Assembly (NCBI GenBank): GCA_964016885.1
Contig: OZ024757.1
Coordinates: 3,534,001-3,598,000 of the forward strand
Length of the DNA: 64,000 nucleotides
Origin: Eledone cirrhosa
Taxonomy: Eukaryota
Reading direction: 5' to 3'
Below, one piece after another: positions 25,474-41,900 of the stretch (position 1 is the stretch's first letter; each line of letters starts with the position of its first letter). The notes beneath the pieces were generated by a model, which saw only the letters and a list, made by a program, of their open reading frames with translations, made no database searches and was not told where the DNA came from. The position numbers were made by a program, and so were the translations under genes.

Positions 25474-25543
25474 CCTCGTCTGACGAACGAATGAAGACGT
25501 TTCTTTCGTATTCGCCTCATTCGGAAAACCTCTGGTAATGAGG
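25474..25543 (+). ncRNA. Type-I hammerhead-like motif at the 3' end of PLE 3
   Basis: CCTCGT-CTGACGA-aCGAATGA...TCATTCG-GAAA-aCC tct GG-TA-ATGAGG. One extra A after GAAA. Confidence 0.62.
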
Positions 25544-25647
25544 TAATTATATTGTATTGATTTTTATACATTAAATTTTGCTCTGGTACTTACATAGAGT
25601 ACTCTTCACTTCTATGTCCTTTTCTGTTTTCAACGGAAATTTCAATA

Positions 25648-25744
<97 letters not shown>

Positions 25745-25745
<1 letters not shown>

Positions 25746-25891
25746 TATATTCGTGTACAGTTATTTTTGCATACACAATAACAAAATATAAACAAACGTA
25801 TTTATTTCACGAGGCTCGATAAGGATAAATATATATCAAATATATAAGAACCCTAGAGCAAATCCCGAGCAACGCCGGGCCATTCCGCTAG
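25745..25891 (+). mobile_element. Helitron 3' terminus
   Basis: Subterminal hairpin cccg-agcaacgc-cggg followed by CTAG|T at 25888-25891. The 5' boundary is uncertain. Confidence 0.65.
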
Positions 25892-25915
25892 TATAATATA
25901 TAATATAATATACTA

Positions 25916-26396
25916 TCTATATATATAAAGTTGTAGTTCACGAACTCCTCCTATGATTTTGGAGATAGACCCCCATAACCATATACATTCTGAAACTACA
26001 TTGCCCAGGGTACTTGGATAAGTATATTTCATTTTAATCAAAGGGTTCCTTGGGGGTACAGACCCCCGCTGAAAATGTTTTCCCTTCGATTTATATGAAA
26101 TTTAAACCATAGCTAAATGACAAGATATGATGCCTATTCACAAAAGTTTTGAATTGATATTTTGAAAAAAATTATTTACAAGAAACAAAATAAGAATAAG
26201 ATTAAATAATGTAATTTTGATTTGATATATTACAAAAAATAATATTTTCCAATTTTTCATGTATTACATTTTACATTGAGTAATATTGAAATGCAGAGAT
26301 TTTCTCCATAAATTATATCACTGATTTAAAATCAATCATCATTTTCTTACAAAAAAAAAAGTGTGAAATGCAGCAAGGCGCGGGTAATTTGGCTAT
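25916..26396 (+). mobile_element. Non-autonomous Helitron-like element
   Basis: Starts A|TCTATATATATAAA. Degenerate 3' end gcagcaaggcgcgggtaatttggctat. Confidence 0.5.
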
Positions 26397-26448
26397 TATG
26401 ATATATAATGTAATATATAATATTATATATTATAATATAAATATAATT

Positions 26449-26625
26449 GTTTCTACTTTAGGCACAAGGCCAGCAATTACCCAGTGCATTACTGGTACTT
26501 TATTTTATCGACCCCGTAAGGATGAAAGGCAAAGTCAACCTCGGCGGGATTTGAACTCAGATCGTAAAGGGACGTAACTATGCTGGAAAGCATGGCGTCC
26601 GACCCTCTACCGATACTGCCAATCC
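26449..26625 (-). mobile_element. tRNA-derived SINE (Nin/Deu-like core)
   Basis: Same family consensus as 15320-15507. Confidence 0.85.
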
Positions 26626-26904
26626 ATGGCTGGTTTGAACAGAAAGAGGTAAGAGAATTCTGGCCAGATATGGCCGCTTTAAATTCTAAAATGTTAAGAC
26701 AATCGACGTTAATTTGAGGGTAATCTTTCTGCTATTTCTAGCAGGTCGAACGACTACGTTGGCAGTAATATATATAAAAAAACTAACAAGCAAAAAAATG
26801 TTGATGGCCAAATATAAATATAATGACATATAATATAAAATATATAATGAAATATTTAATATATAACATATGATATAAAACAGCACCATAATATATAATA
26901 TAAC

Positions 26905-27135
26905 TTTTTCTTCTCCCATATATGGTCGTGAGGGCAGAGTCCTCAAACACTCCCTCCAGCAGGTCCTGTCAGAAGCAACTATCTCCAACTGATACGGCTG
27001 GATCCCCAAGTGAGACCAGCCAAGCCCATGGATATTATCCAACCATCTTGCTCAGGGTCTACCCCTGGGTCTCTCGCTGGCTGGATTTGACCGTAAAATC
27101 TATCCAGCGATTCTTTCCTGAGACATTCGTTAATC
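26905..27135 (-). mobile_element. RTE LINE 3' end fragment
   Basis: ...DNIHGLGWSHLGIQP...VASDRTCWRE; homologous to 61535-61775. Confidence 0.8.
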
Positions 27136-27309
27136 ACCCTAGACGGGACACCAGTCCATCGCTGGGTTAAACCTCCAGCTATTGTTGGTAGTCAGCTGAG
27201 TATACTGGAGCAACGTGAACACAACACAAAACCCACGACATTATGATCATAAGTCCAACACCCTTATCACTAGGCCACGTCCCTCCATATATCATAATAT
27301 AATACAATT

Positions 27310-27493
27310 GTTTCTACTTTTGACACAAGGCCAGCAATTACCCAGTGTATTACTGGTACTTTATTTTATCGACCCCGTAAGGATGAAAGGCAAAGTTAAC
27401 CTCGGCGGGATTTGAACTCAGACTGTAAAGGGACGTAACTCTGCTAGAAAGCATGGCGTTCAGCCCTCTACCGATACTGCCAATTCACCGCCC
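27310..27493 (-). mobile_element. tRNA-derived SINE (Nin/Deu-like core)
   Basis: Same family consensus. Confidence 0.85.
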
Positions 27494-28252
27494 TCTATAA
27501 TAATACTGCCAATTCACTGCCCTCTATAATATAATATAATATAATACCAATTGGTTGATTGTAGCATTTTACATATAAAAAGGACACAAAACCAAGGTTT
27601 TTTTTTTTAATGAACCATTTCTTGTTATATGTGGGGAGGTTCATGTTTCAAATCAGTTTCAAACAATGAGTGTGTTTTACTATATTTTTCTGGCAATATT
27701 ACAACAATATGACCCTCCTGAAATATAACAATATATGTTTCAACATATGATTTCATATCAAAAACCTTCAAAACAAATACTTTGCCGCCACAATTCATTT
27801 ATTACAAACTTCTTTATGGATAAACTATCCACAACAAAGCCCACTAAGATAATATCTTGGTGGGCTGAGTATATAAATATAAACATTCACACACACACAA
27901 ACAAACGCACAAATGTAAATATATTCACACAAACACACATATATATAAATACACAAACGCATATACACACAAGTATAAATATATCCACACATCACACATA
28001 CACAGATGATGTAAACACAAAAATAATCACACACATACACTCACACAATAATAATAGCCAATTCGCTACACATATATACACACAAGTGAAGCGACTCTTA
28101 GCAGGCTGGCCTCTGTTTTCCATAGTTTTATCACCACCCTCTTCCTTCCTCAGTTATCTCCCTTTCAGTGCGTGACAGAGAAATACACACACGTGACAGA
28201 CACACACACAGACACACACACACACATATATATATATATGTACATATATATA

Positions 28253-28616
28253 GCGGCGATGAATTAGTTTAGCGAGGTTTTTTTATATGAAATCGTGTGT
28301 CGAAACAAATATTGTATACTTGGGGAGGGTCATATTTGTGTAATATTGCCAGAATTAATAACAGAACACAACACTGACGATGTTGCAGATGTGCAACGAA
28401 AGATTTATGTAAATTATGTAAACTATATATATGTGTTTGTGTCTATATTGTATCTGTATTATTTTTGACCGTCGGTCAGTCAATGGCAACATTGAGGACC
28501 GAGTAAGCTAGATTACAGATATAAAAGACAGCGAGAAGCGAAAACCAACCAAACAGTGAGTGTGTTCTGTTATTAATTCTGGCAATATTACACAAATATG
28601 ACCCTCCCCAAGTATA
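28253..28616. mobile_element. (TA)n-embedded pLTR-like remnant with a 56-bp perfect inverted repeat
   Basis: 28315-28370 is the reverse complement of 28561-28616. Hammerhead 3'-half GAAA-CAAATATTG-TA at 28302-28316. A second, degenerate core CTGACGA..GAAA at 28374-28400. Diverged relative at ~27668-27775 on the minus strand. Confidence 0.6.
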
Positions 28617-28617
28617 T

Positions 28618-28672
<55 letters not shown>

Positions 28673-28688
28673 AACCGTATTTTAATAA

Positions 28689-28795
<107 letters not shown>

Positions 28796-29731
28796 ATAAT
28801 AATAATACTATTTATAGTTATGTATATAGTATAAACAATTTTAAAGAAGGAAAGGTCAGTAATTTCCTACTACCTTATTACCAGTAAAAGAAATAGCTCA
28901 ATGTAAGATCATCAGTTGTTTTACAGAGCAGGAAAATAAATAAATTAGAAAATTATCAAAGTTGTGTTCAAATCATTTAATAGCTAACAATCGATTCTTC
29001 CAAACTCTCATTTGGATCCATCGGACCATTATCAATGTGTGTACATGTAATTAACCTCATATTCAAGTGAACAATAATATAGATACATCTATATTGATGT
29101 TGTGAGAAACAGTTTCGTATTTACAGGGTGGAATGGATGTGACATATTTAACGAGAACTACAAAAATTCAAATTTAAATTAAAAGCACAGAGTGGAATAC
29201 ATGCAACAGATAATACAATAATTAAAGAGGCATTGAGAAAGGAGCTTTGAGAAAGAAAGAGTACATTAGCAACACATATGCAGTCGTGTAGAAAGTGCAC
29301 ATGCGTTAGTCATATAGAAGGAAATAAGCAAAGTTCTTATGCATATATAGATAAATAAATACTGTATTTTAAGCAAATATGTAATGTATTAAAATCTATG
29401 GTGGACATAGTATGTTGATAGTGTTTGAATTTGTGTGTGTTGAGAAGAACAAAGTTATTGCAGTCTCTTCCATTACATATATTGAATTATAGTTTAGTTA
29501 ATGTTAATGTTTTAAGTTAGTTAAAGCAATGGATTGTAAGTTAGTCTTATGGTATTCATATTCATGGACTATAGTTGTTCAACAGGTAGGTTTTCCAACG
29601 GTTAATTTCCTGAAGTGAGTTAGGGGAGCTAATGCGTAAGGGGAGGTAACTAGCTAATTAAATTCAGTTTTTCAAAATCTTTGCTCTAATACACATTATA
29701 TTGTGAAACAATTGAATCTCTATTACATAAT

Positions 29732-29910
29732 TGTTTCTACTTTTGACACAAGACCAGCAATTACCCAGTTCATTACTGGTACTTTATTTTATCGACCCCG
29801 TAGGGATGAAAGGCAAACTTAACCTCGGCAGGATTCGCATCAGAATGGCAAGGGCCATAATCCTATGCGTCAAAGCATAGCGTCCGACGCTCTACCGATA
29901 TTGACAATCC
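29732..29910 (-). mobile_element. tRNA-derived SINE (Nin/Deu-like core)
   Basis: Same family consensus. Confidence 0.82.
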
Positions 29911-29962
29911 ATATGTAATAATAAACTATATACACATTTATATAATTAAATACTTAAATTAA

Positions 29963-32900
29963 TACACTACATTACACTACACTACACCACATTACACCAC
30001 ACTACACTACACCTCACAACACCACACTACACTACACCACACTACACCACACACCACTACACCTCACAACACCACACTACACTACACTACACTACACTAC
30101 ACTACACTACACTACACTACACTACACTACACTACACTACACTACACTACACCACACTACACTACACTACACTACACCTCACAACACTACACTACACTAC
30201 ACTACACTACACTACACTACACTACACTACACTACACTACACTACACTACACCACACCACACTACACCTCACAACACTACACTACACTACACTAAACTAC
30301 ACTACACTACACTACAACACACAACAACACACTACACTACACTACACTACACTACACTACACTACACTACACTACACTACACTACACTACACTACACTAC
30401 ACTATACCACACTACACTACACTACAATACACTACACTACACTATACTAAACCACACTACTCTACACTGCACCATACTACACCCCACTACACTACACCAC
30501 ACTACACGACACTACACGACACTACACAACACCACAGAACATTACACTATACCACACTACTCTACACCACACGGCACCACACCATACCACATTAAACCAC
30601 ACCACACTACACTACACCAAACTACACCACAGTACTCTACACTACTCTACACCACACCACAGAACACTACACTACACCACACTACTCTACACTATAGCAC
30701 ACTACACCACACCACACCACACTAAATTACACTACAATACACTAAACTACACCACACTACACCACACCACACTACAGCACACCACACCACACCACACCAC
30801 ACCACACCACACCACACCACACCACACCACACCACACCACACCATACTACACTACACCAAACTACACCACGCTACATTACATTACACTACACTACATGCC
30901 CCACACTACACTACACTACAATACACTACACCACACCACACCACACTACACTACACTACACTATCCCACATTACACTACACTACACCAGAACACACCACA
31001 CTAGACTACACTACAGCACACCGCACCACACTACACTTCACTACACAACACACACTACACTACACTACACTACACTATACCACACCACACCACACTACAT
31101 TACAATACTCTATACTACACCACACCACACTACACTACACCACACCACACGACACAACACCACACTACACAATACCACACTACACTACACCATACCACAC
31201 TACACTACACCATACCACACTACACTACACCACACCACACTACACTACACCAGACTACACTACACCTCACAACACTACACTACACTACACTACACTACAC
31301 TACACTAAACCTCACAATACCACACTGCACTACACTACGCTACACTACACCACACTACACTACACTACACCTCACAACACCACACTACACTACACTACAC
31401 TACACCTCACAACACCACACTACACTACACTACACTACACTACACTACACTACACTACACTACACTACACTACACTACACTACACTACACTACACTACAC
31501 CACACCACACCATACCACACCACACTACACCACACTACACTACACCCCACAACACCACACTACACTACACTACACTACACTACACTACACTACACTACAC
31601 TACACCCCTCTACACCCCACTATACCAGACTACACTACACTACAATACACTACTCTACACTATACTACACCACACTACTCTACACTGCACCATACTACAC
31701 CACACTACACTAAACCACACTACACGACACTACAAGAGACTACACCACACTACACCACACCGCAGAACATTACACTATACCACACTACTCTACACTACAC
31801 CACACGGCACCACACCATACCACATTAAACCACACCACACTACACTACACCAAACTACACCACACTACTCTACACTACTCTACACCACACTTCACCACAC
31901 CACACCACAGAACACTACGCTACACTATAGCACACTACACCACACCACACCACACTAAATTACACTACACTACAATATACTAAACTACACCACACTACAC
32001 CACACCACACTACAGCACACCACACCACACCACACGACACCATACCACACCACAGCACACCACACCATACTACACTACACCAAACTACACCACACTATAT
32101 TACATTACACTACACTACACTACACTACACTACCCCAAACTACACTACAATACACCACACCACACCACACTACTCCACACTGCTCTACACTATACCACAC
32201 AAGACCACACCACACTACACTACACTACACTACCCCACATTACACAAACCTACACTACACCAGACCACACCACACTACACTACACTACAGCACACCACAC
32301 CACACTACACTACACTACACACACTACACTACACTACACTATACTATACCACACCACACTACACTACAATACTCTATACTACACCAGACCACACTACACT
32401 ACACCACACCACACGAGACTACACCACACTACGCAATACCACACTACACTACACCATACCACACTACACTACACCACACTACACTACCCCTCACAACACC
32501 ACACTACACTACACTACACCTCACAACACCACACTACACTATGCTACACTACACTACACATCACAACACCACACTACACTACACTACACTACACTACACT
32601 ACACTACACTTGACCACACCACACTACACTACACCACACTACACTACACCTCACAACACCACACTACACTACACTACACTACACTACACTACACTACACT
32701 ACACTACACTACACTACACTACACTACACTACACTACACTACACTACACTACACTACTCTACACTGCACTATACTACACCCCACTACACTACACCACACT
32801 ACACGACACTACACCATACTACACCACACCACAGAACATTACACTATACCACACTACTCTACACTACACCACACTGCACCACACCATACCACATTAAACC

Positions 32901-35900
32901 ACACCACACTACACTACACCACACTACACCACACTACTCTACACTACTCTACACCAGACTTCACCACACCACAGAACACTACACTACACCACTCCACACC
33001 ACACGAAATTACACTACACTACAATACACTAAACTACACCAGACTACTCCGCACCACACTACACTACACCACACCACACCACACTACACTACACCACACT
33101 ACTCTACACCACACCACAGCACACTACACTACACTACAACACACCACACTACACCACATCACATTACACTACACCACACCACACTACACCAACACCACAC
33201 TACACCACACAACACCAGGCTACACTACACTACACCACACCACATTACACTACATCACACCACACTACACACCACACCACACCACACTACACTACACCAT
33301 AGCACACCACACCACACTACACCACACCACACTACAGCACACCACACTACACTACACTACACCAGACCACACCACACCACACTACACTACAGCACACCAC
33401 ACTACACTACACTACACACACTACACTACAGTACACTACACTACACTATACCACACCACACCACACTACACTACAATACTCTATACTACACCACACCGCA
33501 CTACACTACACCACACCACACGACACTACACCACACTACACCATACCACACTACACCACACTACACAACACTACATTATACAACACTATACTACACCACA
33601 CTACTCTACACTACACTACACCACACCACACCACACCACAACACACTACACCATACCAAACCACACCACACCCCACCACACTACACTACACCACAACACA
33701 CCACACTACACCACACCACACTACACTATATGACAACACACCACACCGCAACACAACACACCACAGCACAACACACCACACCACACCACACTACACCATA
33801 CCAAACTACACCCAAACACACCACACCACACTACACCACAACACACCACACCACAACAGACCACAACACACCACACACCACACCACCACACTCTACCACA
33901 CACCACACCACAACACACCACACCACACCACAACACACTAAACAACAACCCACACCACCACAGTATACCACACACCACACCACAACACACCACACTACAC
34001 CACAACGCACCACACCGCACCACACCACACCACAACACCCCACACCACACCACACTACAACACCCCACACTACAACATAACACACCACACCACACCACAA
34101 CACACCACAACACACCACACCACACTATACTACACTACACCAAACTACACCACACTACATTACATTACACTACGCTAGACTACACTACACTACACTACCC
34201 CACACTACACTACAATACACTACACCACACCACACCACACTACTCCACACTGCTCTACACTATACCACACTAGACCACACGACACTACACTACACTACAC
34301 TACCCCACATTACACAACACTACACTACACCAGACCACACCACACTACACTACACTACAGCACACCACACCACACTACACTACACTACACACACTACACT
34401 ACACTACACTACACTACACTACACTACACTACACTACACTACACTACACTACACTACACTACACTACACTACACTACACTACACTACACCTCACAACACT
34501 ACACTACACTACACTACACTACACTACACTACACTACACTACACTACACTACACTACACTACACTACACTACACTACACTACACTACACTACATTACACT
34601 ACACTACACTACACCACACCACACTACACCTCACAACACTACACTACACTACACTAAACTACACTACACTACACTACAACACACAACAACACACTACACT
34701 ACACTACACTACACTACACTACACTACACTACACTACACTACACTACACTACACTACACTACACTACACTACACTACACTACACTACACTACACTATACT
34801 AAACCACACTACTCTACACTGCACCATACTACACCCCACTACACTACACCACACTACACGACACTACACGACACTACACAACACCACAGAACATTACACT
34901 ATACCACACTACTCTACACCACACGGCACCACACCATACCACATTAAACCACACCACACTACACTACACCAAACTACACCACAGTACTCTACACTACTCT
35001 ACACCACACCACAGAACACTACACTACACCACACTACTCTACACTATAGCACACTACACCACACCACACCACACTAAATTACACTACAATACACTAAACT
35101 ACACCACACTACACCACACCACACTACAGCACACCACACCACACCACACCACACCACACCACACCACACCACACCACACCACACCATACCACACCACACC
35201 ACACCACACCATACTACACTACACCAAACTACACCACGCTACATTACATTACACTACACTACATGCCCCACACTACACTACACTACAATACACTACACCA
35301 CACCACACCACACTACACTACACTACACTATCCCACATTACACTACACTACACCAGAACACACCACACTAGACTACACTACAGCACACCGCACCACACTA
35401 CACTTCACTACACAACACACACTACACTACACTACACTACACTATACCACACCACACCACACTACATTACAATACTCTATACTACACCACACCACACTAC
35501 ACTACACCACACCACACGACACAACACCACACTACACAATACCACACTACACTACACCATACCACACTACACTACACCATACCACACTACACTACACCAC
35601 ACCACACTACACTACACCAGACTACACTACACCTCACAACACTACACTACACTACACTACACTACACTACACTACACTAAACCTCACAATACCACACTGC
35701 ACTACACTACGCTACACTACACCACACTACACTACACTACACCTCACAACACCACACTACACTACACTACACTACACCTCACAACACCACACTACACTAC
35801 ACTACACTACACTACACTACACTACACTACACTACACTACACTACACTACACTACACTACACTACACCACACCACACCATACCACACCACACTACACCAC

Positions 35901-38900
35901 ACTACACTACACCCCACAACACCACACTACACTACACTACACTACACTACACTACACTACACTACACCCCTCTACACCCCACTATACCAGACTACACTAC
36001 ACTACAATACACTACTCTACACTATACTACACCACACTACTCTACACTGCACCATACTACACCACACTACACTAAACCACACTACACGACACTACAAGAG
36101 ACTACACCACACTACACCACACCGCAGAACATTACACTATACCACACTACTCTACACTACACCACACGGCACCACACCATACCACATTAAACCACACCAC
36201 ACTACACTACACCAAACTACACCACACTACTCTACACTACTCTACACCACACTTCACCACACCACACCACAGAACACTATGCTACACTATAGCACACTAC
36301 ACCACACCACACTAAATTACACTACACTACAATATACTAAACTACACCACACTACACCACACCACACTACAGCACACCACACCACACCACACGACACCAT
36401 ACCACACCACAGCACACCACACCATACTACACTACACCAAACTACACCACACTATATTACATTACACTACACTACACTACACTACACTACCCCAAACTAC
36501 ACTACAATACACCACACCACACCACACTACTCCACACTGCTCTACACTATACCACACAAGACCACACCACACTACACTACACTACACTACCCCACATTAC
36601 ACAAACCTACACTACACCAGACCACACCACACTACACTACACTACAGCACACCACACCACACTACACTACACTACACACACTACACTACACTACACTATA
36701 CTATACCACACCACACTACACTACAATACTCTATACTACACCAGACCACACTACACTACACCACACCACACGAGACTACACCACACTACGCAATACCACA
36801 CTACACTACACCATACCACACTACACTACACCACACTACACTACCCCTCACAACACCACACTACACTACACTACACCTCACAACACCACACTACACTATG
36901 CTACACTACACTACACATCACAACACCACACTACACTACACTACACTACACTACACTACACTACACTTGACCACACCACACTACACTACACCACACTTCA
37001 CTACACCTCACAACACCACACTACACTACACTACACTACACTACACTACACTACACTACACTACACTACACTACACTACACTACACTACACTACACTACA
37101 CCACACTACTCTACACTGCACTATACTACACCCCACTACACTACACCACACTACACGACACTACACCATACTACACCACACCACAGAACATTACACTATA
37201 CCACACTACTCTACACTACACCACACTGCACCACACCATACCACATTAAACCACACCACACTACACTACACCACACTACACCACACTACTCTACACTACT
37301 CTACACCAGACTTCACCACACCACAGAACACTACACTACACCACTCCACACCACACGAAATTACACTACACTACAATACACTAAACTACACCAGACTACT
37401 CCGCACCACACTACACTACACCACACCACACCACACTACACTACACCACACTACTCTACACCACACCACAGCACACTACACTACACTACAACACACCACA
37501 CTACACCACATCACATTACACTACACCACACCACACTACACCAACACCACACTACACCACACAACACCAGGCTACACTACACTACACCACACCACATTAC
37601 ACTACATCACACCACACTACACACCACACCACACCACACTACACTACACCATAGCACACCACACCACACTACACCACACCACACTACAGCACACCACACT
37701 ACACTACACTACACCAGACCACACCACACCACACTACACTACAGCACACCACACTACACTACACTACACACACTACACTACAGTACACTACACTACACTA
37801 TACCACACCACACCACACTACACTACAATACTCTATACTACACCACACCGCACTACACTACACCACACCACACGACACTACACCACACTACACCATACCA
37901 CACTACACCACACTACACAACACTACATTATACAACACTATACTACACCACACTACTCTACACTACACTACACCACACCACACCACACCACAACACACTA
38001 CACCATACCAAACCACACCACACCCCACCACACTACACTACACCACAACACACCACACTACACCACACCACACTACACTATATGACAACACACCACACCG
38101 CACCACAACACACCACAGCACAACACACCACACCACACCACACTACACCATACCAAACTACACCCAAACACACCACACCACACTACACCACAACACACCA
38201 CACCACAACAGACCACAACACACCACACACCACACCACCACACTCTACCACACACCACACCACAACACACCACACCACACCACAACACACTACACAACAC
38301 CCCACACCACCACAGTATACCACACACCACACCACAACACACCACACTACACCACAACGCACCACACCGCACCACACCACACCATAACACCCCACACCAC
38401 ACCACACTACAACACCCCACACTACAACATAACACACCACACCACACCACAACACACCACAACACACCACACCACACTATACTACACTACACCAAACTAC
38501 ACCACACTACATTACATTACACTACGCTAGACTACACTACACTACACTACCCCACACTACACTACAATACACTACACCACACCACACCACACTACTCCAC
38601 ACTGCTCTACACTATACCACACTAGACCACACCACACTACACTACACTACACTACCCCACATTACACAACACTACACTACACCAGACCACACCACACTAC
38701 ACTACACTACAGCACACCACACCACACTACACTACACTACACACACTACACTACACTACACTACACTACACTACACTACACTACACTACACTACACTATA
38801 CCACACCACACCACACTACACTACAATACTCTATACTACACCACACCACACTACACTACACCACACCACACGACACTACACCACACTACGCAATACCACA

Positions 38901-41900
38901 CTACACTACACCATACCACATACCACACTACACTACACCACACCACACTACACTACACCACACTACACTACACCTCACAACACTACACTACACTACACTA
39001 CACTACACTACAGTACACTACACTACACTACACTACACTACACTTCACTACACTACACTACACTACACTACACTACACTACACCACACCACACTACACTA
39101 CACTTAACTACACTACACTACACTACACTACACTACACTACACTACACTACACCTCAGAACACCACACTACACTATGCTACACTACACTACACCTCACAA
39201 CACCACACTACACTACACCACACCACACCACACTACACTACACCACACTACACTACACCTCACAACACTACACTACACTACACTACACTACACTACACTA
39301 CACTACACTACACTATACCACACTACACTACACTACAATACACTACTCTACACTATACTACACCACACTACTCTACACTGCACCATACTACACCCCACTA
39401 CACTACACCACACTACACGACACTACACCACACTACACCACACCACAGAACATTACACTATACCACACTACTCTACACTACACCACACTGCACCACACCA
39501 TACCACATTAAACCACACCACACTACACTACACCACACTACACCACACTACTCTACACTACTCTACACCACACTTCACCACACCACAGAACACTACACGA
39601 CACCACACTACTCTACACTATAGCACACTACACCACACCACACTAAATTACACTACACTACAATACACTAAACTACACCAGACTACTCCGCACTACACTA
39701 CACTACACCACACCACACTACACTACACCACACTACTCTACACCATACCACAGCACACTACACTACACTACATCACACCACACTACACCACATCAACACT
39801 ACACTACACCACACCACACTACACCAACACCACACTACACCACACAACACCAGGCTACACTACACTACACCACACCACATTACACTACATCACACCACAC
39901 TACACACCACACCACACCACACTACACTACACCATAGCACACCACACCACACTACACCACACCACACTACAGCACACTACACTACACTACACTACACCAG
40001 ACCACACAACACTACACTACACTATACCACACCTCACCACACTACACTACAATACTCTATACTACACCACACCGCACTACACTACACCACACCACAAGAC
40101 ACTACACCACACTACACAATACCACACTACACTACACCATACCACACTACACCACACTACACCACACTACATTATACAACACTATACTACACCACACTAC
40201 TCTACACTACACCACACTACACCACACTACACCACACCACAACACACTACACCATACCAAACCACACCACACCCCACCACACTACACTACACCACAACAC
40301 ACCACACTACACCACACCACACTACACTACACGACAACACGCCACACCGCACCACAACACACCACACCACAACACACCACACCACACTACACCACACTAC
40401 ACCATACCAAAATACACCACAACACACCACACCACACTACACCACAACACACCACACCACAACAGACCACAACACACCACACACCACACCACCACACTCT
40501 ACCACACACCACACCACAACACACCACACCACACCACAACACACTACACAACACCCCACACCTCCACACTATACCACACACCACACCACAACACACCACA
40601 CCACACCACAACGCACCACACCGCACCACACCACACCACCCCACCCCACACCACACCACACCACAACACCCCACACCACACCACAACACACCACACCACA
40701 CCACAACACACCACAACACACCACACCACACCATACTACACTACACCAAACTACACCACACTACATTACATTACACTACACACCACTACACTACACTACC
40801 TCACACTACACTACAATACACTACACCACACCACACCACACTACTCCACACTGCTCTACACTATACCACACTAGACCACACCTCACAACACTACACTACA
40901 CTACACTACACTACACTACACTACACTACACTACACTACACTACACTACACCTCACAATACCACACTGCACTACACTACGCTACACTACACCACACTACA
41001 CTACACTACACCTCACAACACCACACTACACTACACTACACTACACTACACTACACTACACCTCACAACACTACACTACACTACACTACACTACACTACA
41101 CTACACTACACTACACTACACTACACTACACTACACCATACCACACCACACTACACCACACTACACTACACCCCACAACACCACACTACACTACACTACA
41201 CTACACTACATTACACTATACTACACTACACTACACTACACTACACTACACCCCTCTACACCCCACTATACCAGACTACACTACACTACAATACACTACT
41301 CTACACTATACTACACCACACTACTCTACACTGCACCATACTACACCACACTACACTAAACCACACTACACGACACTACAAGAGACTACACCACACTACA
41401 CCACACCGCAGAACATTACACTATACCACACTACTCTACACTACACCACACGGCACCACACCATACCACATTAAACCACACCACACTACACTACACCAAA
41501 CTACACCACACTACTCTACACTACTCTACACCACACTTCACCACACCACACCACAGAACACTACACTACACCACACTACGCTACACTATAGCACACTACA
41601 CCACACCACACCACACTAAATTACACTACACTACAATATACTAAACTACACCACACTACACCACACCACACTACAGCACACCACACCACACCACACGACA
41701 CCATACCACACCACACCACACCATACTACACTACACCAAACTACACCACACTATATTACATTACACTACACTACACTACACTACACTACCCCAAACTACA
41801 CTACAATACACCACACCACACCACACTACTCCACACTCCTCTACACTATACCACACAAGACCACACCACACTACACTACACTACACTACCCCACATTACA

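Larger units (their letters stand above)
22547..25650 (+). mobile_element. Penelope-like element (Naiad-type) 3 with long low-complexity 3' region
   Basis: DVSMGSYDSADVCDLVG, GLYRDD, YKPYHKPN, WFTPPYS, CSCRIKSECPLQGKC, YVGMT..FKTRY. Flanked by (TA)n. Hammerhead-like motif near the 3' end. The 3' boundary is inferred. Confidence 0.85.

Noticed and set aside
29270-29320. SRVESAHAL, similar to a MULE transposase motif
   Set aside because: Too short and surrounded by stops, with no other transposase motifs or TIRs found.
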